A stretch of DNA of 34,867 nucleotides from Candidatus Omnitrophota bacterium (lineage in GTDB: Bacteria > Omnitrophota > Gorgyraeia > Gygaellales > Profunditerraquicolaceae), in the NCBI GenBank assembly GCA_026387555.1, contig JAPLLM010000003.1, forward strand, positions 1,935-36,801, in the 5' to 3' direction. Every line of letters begins with the position of its first letter. Within the stretch, counting starts at the first letter, position 1. The translations under genes and the position numbers were made by a program. The notes beneath the pieces are model-generated. The model was not told where the DNA came from and searched no databases. It saw only the letters and a program-made list of their open reading frames with translations. Shown here one piece after another: positions 12,001 to 19,979 of this stretch.

Positions 12001-15000
12001 CTCCAGAAGAGCAATTATCCGGGCCCAGAGCGCCTGTAACATTTTGTAATGCAGGGTCTCTCCTATTTCAGTAAATAAAGCGTAGGACCCGGTTGGATGA
12101 TCAAGCTCTTTTCCGTCTTGGTCCATCAGGACGACAAAGTTAGGATGAGAACTTACATAACCTCTACCTTTTAACCCTGGAACAGTTACCCTGATACTTG
12201 TCATTGCCCTATGAAAGCGGGCAATCGCTTTTGCGTATTCCAGCTCCGGACGGAAAGTGATGTTGATATTGCCAATTGAACAAGAATCTGTATCAGATTT
12301 TTTGTGTCCGGAACACAACGAATTTACGCTCTGCACAAACGGAATAGCCATTAGCTTCTCGGCAATCCCAAGCTGCCTTAGTGCCGGGTCAACTATTTTC
12401 GGAGAATAAGGAAGTCTCGGCCCTTTTGCCACTCTCTTTTCTAACAATTTAGGGTTAAAAAGCCATTCTGCCGGAATCTTGCTCAAATCGATTACTTTAA
12501 ATCCTTCCGCCACCATCCCCAGCGCAACCAACGCCACGCCCGCTGCCAGCTCCGGCGAAACCGCCGCAACTGCGCCCAGGCTAAGGCAAGAGAGAACTGC
12601 AGCGCCTTCTGGCTTATGCTCAGCCGTGGTGGCCTCGGCCAGCTGACGGAAATGCGCGGCATATTTAAGCCACCTTTCGGCCTTACTAGGATTTTTCCCG
12701 GCAAGCTTCTGAGCTCCCTGCTCTAATGTTTGTGCGTGTTTGATTATTACTTCCTTCGTTAATATAATACCGGTGAATTTTTCATTAAAATATTCCTCGC
12801 CATACACAGGAATAGTGGTCAATTTCAATTCCTGCATTTCAGCTAAATTTCTCTCAGGAGAAAGCTGATCGTCGCTACTGAATCTAACATCGAGATCGTA
12901 GTCTCCGTATTGGTAAATCCATTTAAGGCCATCTGCGTCCACTCTCGAACCGTAGAGATCTTCAGCGGAGTTCAAAATAATTACGAAATCTATGTCTGAA
13001 GCATTCTCAACGGTTAAGAAAGAACCTTTGAATAAAATAGCTTTAGGAGGAGGCACTCCGGAATACTTCAACCGCCTTAAAATATAACCCACGCATTTCG
13101 AAAGCACCTGCCGTCTCCCTGGAATCTCCTTAATGGCAGCCTGTATTTCCGGCCAAATAAATCCGAGATTAAACAATAGTTCCCTGGCATCCGTAGGCAT
13201 ATTTTTCAGCACATATGCATAGGCATCCTTATATTCGTTAGCAGCTTTCGCAGCCCTTAGCGGTAAAGCAAAAAACACGGAGATAAATTGATGTAAAGCC
13301 TTGCCGACTACCGCGCAGTCCTCCCTAAGATACTCCTCATCTGTTTCTGATAACTTTGAAAAGGCGCGTAAAAACTTTTCGTCCTGTAATAAAATATTGT
13401 ATATGCGTTCCGATAAAGCCTGATAAATATTAGGTTTAGCCTGTGAAGAAAGCTTTGTCACGTCATGCAGTATTTCATGGCAGACGACTTCTGTTGAGGC
13501 ATCGCTCGCTACAAGGACAAGCCTATCAATTTTCTGATCAAACTGACGGGATAGGCGCGCTAAGAAATCTCCCGTGCCTGCGTTCATAGTACTAAATATA
13601 TACGTACCGGGGCTACTTAAAAGATTAAGCAATGGAGCGTCTGAATCGTATTCAGATGCGACACATTGCACATAAAAGTTCCTGACAGATTTTCTGGAAT
13701 CATCAACAATAATCCGCAGGCCCGGCCGGACAAACCCATCCCTAACTATCCATCTTGTTAATTCCAACTCCCGGTCATGATCTTCCTCCGCGCTGTTTAA
13801 AGCCACCATCCCCAGCGCCAGACACCCGAGGCCAAGCAGCGGGTCGGCGCTAAACAAGATCGGCGCGGCGCATAGGGTGACGGGCGAGCCGGAAACAGAG
13901 GAAGACAAAACTCTCGGCAAAGACCTTTTGCCTTTGCAGATAAGGGAAATATCGGTTATGCCTATCGAGGCAAAATATTCTATTAGCTTAGGCGACTCTT
14001 GTATCCTATCGCAAACTTTCCTGCATGCCATTAAAGGCCAAGAAGTACTATTAAGACCTCTCTCCATGGCGATTTCTTTAAACCCAAACCCTCTTAATCT
14101 TTGGCTGAAAATCTCAAGCGGGATTTCTCCTACTCCATTATTCTGCTTTACCAGGTTGACAAGCATCTTAACTACTTCTTCGGTTAATGGCTGTGTAGAT
14201 GCCTCTCCCTGTTTCCATCTGGAATAAGCCACCGCATCTTCAAATTCACCATCCGCTCTGCTCAATTCATCCCTATCTCCGTCAACACTAGAAAGCATCT
14301 GCTTAGTCTCTTTCTCCATGCGACGCTCTTTAACATAGGAACGAATAACAGCAAAACGAAGATATTTGTACCAGTAGCTCCGGAATGGCCTTATTCCGTC
14401 ATAATTGCGAAGCGAGCTATCTACTTCCTTTTCAATCTTAGCCAAAAGCAGTTGGTGTAAAAGACAGGTGGGCTCATTGAACCAATAATAATGCCTTCTA
14501 ATTCTCGGGTCATTAGTAATGGCGAACACCCTGCGTAAAGCTAATCCCAATAATATGACACGGCTGGCACTATTCCCCTGCTTAGCATCTTTGGCTAACT
14601 CCGTTAGAGTTTCAGAACCAATTTTAGCCCTATTGATACCGTCAATGAAACTGTCCAAACGAGCAGGTAGAATTTCCGCATTTGGATAGTCGCGAAGAAT
14701 ACATTTTGTCGCATCCCAATCTTCGTACTGCTTAGTTATTTTTATCCTATCCCGGATCCCCAAATGCTTTTTTAAAGCCAATACTGCATCTGCTTCGCTT
14801 TTACATAAGAACTGGTTACTGGCCCAATTAATCAGGCTATAAAGCGTACGGCCGTTAAATTCCGGTATCGGGTTATCAAAATGCATCAATCTTAGGCATT
14901 CCCGGGAATCCGGAAAATTCTTAAAGATGAACCCGATCATAAAAAGCTTAGCCTGCTTAGTCGCTACTCCCCAAGGGAATTTTGCAATATTAGGATTATT

Positions 15001-18000
15001 GTATAAATCTAAAACATTGTTTTCGTTAATTATAACCCGCGGCATCTTTATTTTAAGATAACGGAGCAGCTCTTTAATAACAACCTGCACCGGTGCATGA
15101 TGGTACCTTTTTACTGCCCAGGTATACAGGCCGCTGAAACCGTGGCCATTCAATTCTTGCCATTTGCATACATTAAAATGTGTTTGATTTAAACCAAAGA
15201 AAGCCGGGCCGAATTTATCCCTACAATGGCTGATAAGCCACCGGACCGCCTCGGCCTTTCCAAGCCGGGTAGTCATGCCCCACGGGAAACGCTCCGACTC
15301 TTTCAAGAGACTGATAACCTGCGACGCCCCTATCTCTCTTATCGGCTGCGTACTGGTGGAGCTTTTTATTATTCTCCCCAGTACGCATGTGCCAGCAACC
15401 AGCGCATCCGCTACCGGCTCGCCAGTAAAGACTGATAAACTTGAGAGTGCTGCAGCATTATTTACGGCCGCAACTCCTCCAAACAACTTCTCTTTTAATA
15501 TAGGGAGTGCCGCGCCCACCATTGCTATCGTTTTCATGGCCCCTATCTCTTCATCGGCTTGATTCAGAAGTCTGCCAAAGTTTCTAGGGTTATGTTCATA
15601 GAGGAGTTCCGCAGATAATTCCTGCGCCCTCATATATGTTTTTACCGCATTGATATTTCTTTCCTGCAGCTCCCCGGTTTTTCTTTCCAACTCTTTCAGA
15701 TTCAAGATAAAATTAGCCACGCTTCCCTTTGCCCATTCCGCAGCCAGAGGAACTCCCTTAAAGACTGTCGAACATGGATGCACATCAATCGAAGACATTC
15801 TTCTTGCCGATTCCAACGTTGCCAATCTCGCCGCCTGCTGATCCTTTACTGCAAATTGCTCTTTGACCGCCGCAAAAGCCGTAGGTATGCAGGTATCTGC
15901 CATAAATACCAGCGGCATGCCGTGTATCTTCATCGAAGCAAATAATCTGATTTTCTGCCACCCGATTTGCAGCATACCAAACACGGTAATCGCAAACAAC
16001 AACACATCAGGGACCCCAAAAACAGCCATCCCCATCACCGCATTGTTGGGCTTAGCGTCATCCTGCTGCATCCTCGCCCACCTATACAATGCCAGACGCA
16101 CATAGAGGGCCCTGAACAAAGAGTTGCTATATTTATTTACATTAATCCCGCTTTTGAAGTGATACAGCTGTTCATCAACATCATCGCAGGTAAAAAGAGA
16201 ATCTTTAGGTAGATAATCTAGCTTATTAATGACGAGGGTTCCTACAACTTCTCCCGTTGCTACTGCTTGTTTATCAAATTCAAGCTCACTGGCGATTACA
16301 TCTTCGGGCTTTGCCTTGATTCCTATCCTGCCTAACCGATCTATAATCTCCGGTCGCTTAAAAAACTCCTGGAAAGGTTGCCTGAACCCGCGGCCTACGG
16401 TCACTAACTTTATCCCGTCAACGCCGAGCACTCGCCTGATAAGCTGTAACGTTTTAAGATCATTATCGTTTAATTCCCAGGAATCCGCCAAGGCCCTGCA
16501 GTGCTCCGGTTTCAGCAACCCTCTGAAAAGTCGATAAAACTCTCTATATGCTTCCCCATCGCGCTGGGCCTTGATCTTTTCCCTTCCCATTTTAATCTTC
16601 CCTAAGAACGCAGCCTCATCGAACCCTTTGGCTGGAGGGTTGCTGCAAATCACCCTGTCCATCTGTAATGCCTGTCTGGCATAAGGACGAGTGACTGTTT
16701 CTTCGAAATCGGTATAAACGGTTAAAATCCTCGCTCTCTCCCCCGTCTTCTCGATAAAACGCGAATTACTTACAGCCCAACGTAGTGCATGCATGTAGCA
16801 TAATAACGCCCATACCGCCATTAACCCGACAGCGGAGAACGCAATAATCAGCTCCCCAGTCAGGCATAGCGCAAACGTAGTATTCGGCCTAGCTTCATTC
16901 GTTGTCCTGGTCGCCACCGCCGCGCCAGCCTGGGCCTGCAGGATTACTTCTTCGTTGCAAGCAGGAAATTCGGCGTGGAGGTTTTCGTGTTCGTAGATAA
17001 AGCTGATTACTTCTTTGGCTTGTGCGGCAGAGAAATGGTGGGAGAGTAGGATTTCTTTTACTTTTCGCTCATCTAAGTTGCTTCCTTCTCTTAGTCGATC
17101 AGCAAAGACAATTTCTTGAGTCTTAAGGTCATAGTAGGCGATACGGCTGGGAGGCCCGAGTATCCTGCCGGATTTGGCAAAATACTCTTGCAGGTATTTC
17201 TCTAAATAGGATAAGCCTGCTGCCACACGGAAAAACCGTCCTTTTGCTTCCGGAGCCATGACGCGCTCATACTCACGGATAAAACGGTATACATCGTCCG
17301 AACTTATATTGCGGCGAGTGGGTTCACTGGAAGCGGATTTTTCCTGAGTTCCCTGGCCCTTGCCAGGCTCATCTGCGGCAGGTGTCGCCGCCGCCGACAC
17401 AAACAACGCCTTATTATCTGGCTCATTCGTTATCCTAGCTGTAAACGCGCCCCCATGTCCTATAGTTCTTCCATCTGATGAATTATAAACTCTAGTTCCT
17501 ATAATGTTTTGAGTGGCAGGCCGCCTTGCGATAATATCAAATAAATCATGATGCCTAGTTGCTTTAAACATGGCATCGATAAGTCTAATATTTGTTTCGG
17601 CAGACTGACAATGTAACCGACATAATGGAATAACATTGCGATAAAATTTAGACTGTCTTAAGGCTAGCCATTCAGGACTATCGTTTATGACATTGCCAAA
17701 ATGCGGACCATTCATAATGGCGAATATACAACATGGATAGATATTCCCTTCCGAAGTAATAAACGGCATAAGTAAACTATAAGGACAGGAGTGAACTTCC
17801 CCTGCTGGCTGGGTTCTGTAATCATGCAATAATACCTGGTAATTGGTATGCTGCTCAAGGAATCCAGGCATCTCTTTTTGTAAGTCGTTTATTTGGACAA
17901 AAAGCATATCCCTCTGTTTATCACTAATTGCGACATCATCAAATTCATTTTTATGATCAAGCTCAATACCTGGCCAACAGGTTGGATAATTTCTTACCGG

Positions 18001-19419
18001 CCTAAATTGAATTGTCAATTGTTCTAGCTTTTCGGCAGGTACTCGCTCTCGCAGTTCATCTAGGATATTCTTTACTCGCCGAATAAATAAAGCAGTTTCG
18101 TGAATATTCTTTTGACCAAATACATATGCCACATGAACACTCGGAATTGGACCCAATAGATAATAACGCAAGTTCGCAAACACATAGTCTAAGTGCTGGC
18201 TACCTTTTAATGCGTAAAATGTCTCAACAGTGGCAGCATCTACAGAAAGACGAATCCAATTAATTGTCTTCTGCCAACTTCCTCCCGGGATCACCAGCCC
18301 ATTAGTGAAAAGTTTCAACTTTACAGAAGGCATGAGTTTTCGCAACCTCCAAACTAAATCATTAAAACGGTGAGAACCATCGCGGTAGATTGTTGGTTCA
18401 CCGCCACCAATCAAATCAATTGTTCGCGGTGATAAAGCTGCGAGACGGGGTAAGGCAGTAAAAGGAAAGTTGGAATGCTTATGTTGATATGGACAGTAAG
18501 AACAGGCTAAGTTACAATTATAGGTTGGACAAAAAGATAATTGGCTGAATCGGTTCCAAACAACAGGTTCGGTAGATAATAACTTAGCTCTAATCAATGG
18601 CAAGTGCCCTAAGAGGTAATTCGAGTTGCGTTCATGCTGAATAGCCGGCACTGCTTGGTCTGGATTTATTACAGCTTGCAATGCGCATGTGCTAACCCGA
18701 AATGCTGCAATACTATCGATTTCTTGAATTAAATTTGCCAATTCTTCTTTTGCTTGCTTCGAATCCAGAATTGTTTTCTCAAAAAGATGACTAAACGTTG
18801 TACCTTCCAACCCATCAACAGGCAAATCCAAATTATCCTTAACATTTAGATTCAAAGGAACAAATGCCAATTTCTTCTGGTTATTCTTGAGGAAAAGGGT
18901 TATTTGGAATGTATTATTCCTGAACTTTATACCTTGATTACTGATGATTTGATATGCGAATCCTCCTTTACCGTCACCATCTAAATGACCATAAATGCGG
19001 CTATTAGATATTAGGTTTCCATCTGGAATAGAAACAATACTACCTGGCTCAGCAACGATATCTAAAATCGTATTATCGATAATAACGTCATCGCCCAATA
19101 CCAACTCCACTCCTTCAGGCACCCGTATTATCGAGTGGTGAATCAAATATTGACTTTTTGCTTTAACTCGTCCTCGTATATCTGAAGCTATACATGCTTG
19201 GTCAGCAATGCCAAAAATATGGCGTAGCCGGCTAGACAAAAACCTTAACTGCGCATCTTGTTGTGGCAATAAATTTCGATAGAAATCATAGATATCTTTT
19301 GGTGAATTGAAGTGTGTAACAGGAGCGGCTGTTGTGATAAGCTGTGGGGCGACTTGTTGGCGAAATTCCTGTGAGATCTCCCACGTACGCTGCCACTTTT
19401 CTAACGAAGAATCCCTGCA
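1..19419 (-). CDS. Giant ORF C (>=6,423 codons in window, 3' end outside window; not in the supplied ORF track): membrane-tethered multi-enzyme protein
   Basis: The phase with codon first bases at coordinates divisible by 3 corresponds to + strand triplets read from each 60-nt line start. I codon-checked about 90 of the 324 lines explicitly: 1-1260 contiguous plus lines spread over 2101-19440. A continuous read-through translation of the rest met no tta/cta/tca in phase below the TAG at 19420-19422. None of the four minus-strand track ORFs in 1..19477 lies in this phase, as expected if the phase has no stop, since the track lists only stop-bounded ORFs. The translation is protein-like throughout, with many enzyme motifs. 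The first standard start in phase is TTG at 19269 and has no SD. The window ends mid-codon-string (...GQGLNVEGLTAEGWKI at 1-60). Confidence 0.85.
208..300 (-). repeat. Junction element copy 13 (ORF C)
   Basis: NSTSTHAFLILPGFEPVFTLAIGLGMVVTTL, translated from 181-300. The LGMV codons (caccaccatcccca, 217-230) resemble those of copies 9 and 10. Confidence 0.6.
360..1230 (-). other. NadD-like (cytidylyltransferase-fold) nucleotidyl/adenylyltransferase module with an insertion
   Basis: FRIGVYPVAANPFTWMHLIAGLAAIAEYKLDKIIYVIAGSDPRKASSLLADHPRHIMAQKV (1021-1210; cf. NadD iG.fGG.F.P.H.GH...a..a.....d.v..vp...pP.K...a....R..M). ETNIFRILN...IEAFYMVGRDHYNRW follows. After about 130 aa comes IIGMPFEVAATTIRQAFAGK...ILPYTAYCCCANGDFYG (370-500; cf. 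iSST.IR..l..g....lp..V..YI...glY). Confidence 0.5.
1650..2700 (-). other. UDPGP-family uridylyltransferase-like module 2 (more divergent)
   Basis: YVYAKPNAGLGSRWAVLGSEDIAKGTGIVP (2521-2640), DFPFLTLTSFSTDGEV, VKSDFTPAGHFGLIQSLITS (2221-2280) and KKHIYATSNIDNLVAFPEPVLMAMF (2101-2190). The motif order and spacing match module 1. Confidence 0.55.
4519..4602 (-). repeat. Junction element copy 12 (ORF C)
   Basis: SSTFAALFIPGLELMLLPLAVGLALVKY, translated from 4501-4620. Confidence 0.5.
4800..5520 (-). other. HD-superfamily phosphohydrolase module, HD-GYP-like but with degenerate GYP region
   Basis: NKAHNRRVSEYVSLLGREMRLKEELIDMVTRVAKVHDIGGIHIPLTEGGSFKAERE (5281-5460; HD codons at 5338-5343; cf. 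H..RV..y...la...AA.LHDIGKI.IP). Later comes ITNHFCYPEDPTEF (4921-4980), where HD-GYP proteins have HHE..DG.GYP, and LIFCDVWENGNNAERLMALRRIPY. Confidence 0.5.
5518..5637 (-). repeat. Junction element copy 11 (ORF C)
   Basis: NFRKTHSPVAHAFDFTTALLVGQMFDPISSAIMLAVGIV, translated from 5521-5640. Confidence 0.5.
7090..8420 (-). other. Second NTP-transferase-like module with coiled-coil insertion and C-terminal beta-helix
   Basis: GGFWFDVGNPKSYILTADFVATH (7321-7380 verified; cf. G.W.DvGt...Y). Then FQPSKVILENTDDVFLNRVAIKAGENSHVFIGRRVKLSNVNIELPDNTILI (7100-7260), which is beta-helix-like. A heptad-rich stretch EYKRLKQELEALKAEALHAGAEGKAALAEQIK lies upstream (about 7600-7700). The N-terminal limit is uncertain. 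Confidence 0.4.
10000..11130 (-). other. UDPGP-family (eukaryotic-type UTP-glucose-1-phosphate uridylyltransferase-like) module 1
   Basis: LLNGGLASRFGGTVKALFVIIDNWLNAARTFIDVKLGHIFAIGKRIPVYIANSYSTHDRV (10861-11040), FCPGGHFEAIPWLVLEGKLG (10681-10740) and QMVKDGTLYVSVSNIDNLGATIDPGLIGIL (10600-10680). Compare the UGPase motifs LNGGLGTSMG, PPGHGD and FVSNIDNLGATVD (from memory). Confidence 0.7.
12502..12606 (-). repeat. Junction element copy 10 (ORF C)
   Basis: GAAVLSCLSLGAVAAVSPELAAGVALVALGMVAEG, translated from 12481-12660. Confidence 0.6.
12700..13090 (-). other. Pol-beta-superfamily (minimal) nucleotidyltransferase module
   Basis: LRRLKYSGVPPPKAILFKGSFLTVENASDIDFVIILNSAE translated from 12961-13080. 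This is the hG[GS]-x9-13-D-h-D-h signature (GS...SDID). Confidence 0.55.
13200..13740 (-). other. Module containing an HExxH motif (HEILH); zinc-metallopeptidase-like?
   Basis: ...DRLVLVASDASTEVVCHEILHDVTKLSSQ translated from 13441-13500. HEILH = 13465-13479. No third ligand recognised. Confidence 0.25.
13795..13890 (-). repeat. Junction element copy 9 (ORF C)
   Basis: GSPVTLCAAPILFSADPLLGLGCLALGMVALN, translated from 13741-13920. The 17-nt string gccaccatccccagcgc (13802-13818) is identical to 12509-12525. Confidence 0.6.
13975..14520 (-). other. Sigma-70 region 2 / region 4-like (ECF-like) helix-turn-helix segment embedded in ORF C
   Basis: Translated codon by codon from 13981-14520. The r2-like segment is RRHYYWFNEPTCLLHQLLLAKIEKEVDSSLRNYDGIRPFRSYWYKYLRFAVIRSYVKERR (cf. 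ECF r2 ..f....F..Wl..Ia.N...d..R). The r4-like segment is LTEEVVKMLVNLVKQNNGVGEIPLEIFSQRLRGFGFKEIAMERGLNSTSWPLMACRKVCDRIQE (cf. r4 LP...r.vf.L....G.s..EIA...g.s..tVk.rl.RA...L). Confidence 0.35.
15961..16062 (-). repeat. Junction element copy 8 (ORF C)
   Basis: DDAKPNNAVMGMAVFGVPDVLLFAITVFGMLQIG, translated from 15961-16080. The NAVMGM codons share a 15-nt identity with copy 4. Confidence 0.7.
16792..16929 (-). repeat. Junction element copy 7 (ORF C), full form
   Basis: AGAAVATRTTNEARPNTTFALCLTGELIIAFSAVGLMAVWALLCYM, translated from 16741-16940. Confidence 0.7.
16945..17330 (-). other. Small (~130 aa) module ending in an HExxH motif (HENLH)
   Basis: ...LLSHHFSAAQAKEVISFIYEHENLHAEFPACNEE translated from 16921-17040. 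HENLH = 16975-16989. It sits between two junction elements. Confidence 0.25.
17362..17454 (-). repeat. Junction element copy 6 (ORF C), N-terminal half only; the hydrophobic hairpin is replaced by an Ala/Pro/Gly linker
   Basis: GGAFTARITNEPDNKALFVSAAATPAADEPG, translated from 17341-17460. Confidence 0.5.
17560..18560 (-). other. Radical SAM module with SPASM/twitch-like Cys-rich C-terminal extension
   Basis: LSFCPTYNCNLACSYCPYQH translated from 18481-18540. The CX3CX2C cysteines lie at 18514-18516, 18502-18504 and 18493-18495. IDLIGGGEPTIY (18361-18420). Distal segment: HSCPYSLLMPFITSEGNIYPCCIFAIMNGPHFGNVINDSPEWLALRQSKFYRNVIPLCRLHCQ (17581-17800). Confidence 0.75.
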
Positions 19420-19979
19420 CTAACTGAAACTCCTCCTTGTCGTCCAACGTTCCAGTTATGGACATTGCCAGTTTCACTTAGGATTTGGCCCAACCGAGTA
19501 CCGATTACATTTAAGGTCTCTGTTTTTGCAGCATAAAAACCACTTAAAGGCGGATCACGTTGCCTTTCCTGTTGTTCCATACCCAATACAACCAGCTTAT
19601 TATTACCTTCTATTTGCTGCTGCAGAAGCGGTATATCATCAGGCGTAAGCCAGCAAGCCGCATCTGCCGGTAACCAAACGAACCAATGACCACTTGGTAG
19701 AACTCGAGAGAAAATCTCTGCTTGACGAGTAGTAATTTCTGTTAAACGTTTACCCAATACAACAATATCTCCTTTGGTTTCAGACGCTAATCCAAGGAGC
19801 CCCTGACGTAAAGCCCTACCCCCGGTACTTGAACAAAGCAAAATATGATGATCTTGAGAAACTATATTAGCCTGAGCGAAATGATCTTTTACTTCTCTAA
19901 GAGTAACTATACTTTCTTTGCGGTCTTCTACTGCTGCCATCACAGAATTAACAGCCTTATCGCCAGGCCCTGGTGAAAT
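18960..19979 (-). other. NTP-transferase (sugar-1-P nucleotidyltransferase / fucokinase-N-like) module plus beta-helix, split across the ORF B / ORF C boundary
   Basis: ORF B C-terminus: HILLCSSTGGRALRQ (cf. GG.G.RL), HWFVWLPADAACWLTPDDIP, KLVVLGMEQ...PLSGFYAAKTETL. ORF C N-terminus: VTHFNSPKDIYDFYRNLL (19269-19322; cf. f.H.GT..EYL / W.D.G....Y), then IHHSIIRVPEGVELVLGDDVIIDNTILDIVAEPGSIVSIPDGNLISNSRIYG (about 18985-19145, left-handed beta-helix-like). Confidence 0.4.

Noticed and set aside
9438-12704. Minus-strand track ORFs 9438..9722, 9996..10340 and 12492..12704. The same applies to 21220..21438, 21956..22222, 28078..28269 and 31818..32087
   Set aside because: They are out of phase with the giant ORFs they sit inside, short and compositionally odd (for example the Arg/Trp-rich 12492..12704). 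They are overlapping chance frames.
1-19400. Absence of long track ORFs suggested non-coding DNA, a pseudogenised region or an alternative genetic code (stop-codon reassignment)
   Set aside because: One minus-strand phase is completely open under the standard code and translates into motif-rich protein. The ORF was simply not reported because it lacks a stop inside the window. No recoding needs to be invoked.
19404-19419. Canonical -1 programmed-frameshift signal (X-XXY-YYZ heptamer) at the B/C overlap
   Set aside because: The overlap reads GCAGGGATTCTTCGT and contains no tandem-slippery heptamer. A frame change is still suspected on domain grounds, but I cannot claim a classical PRF site. 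An assembly indel is equally likely.
19286-19477. 63-aa minus-strand ORF overlapping the B/C boundary. An internal GTG at 19418-19420 lies 11 nt after the AAGGAGGAG
   Set aside because: It lies in the third phase, overlapping both giant ORFs, has no motif and ends after 45-63 codons. It is most likely a chance open frame. It remains only as context for the SD-like element.
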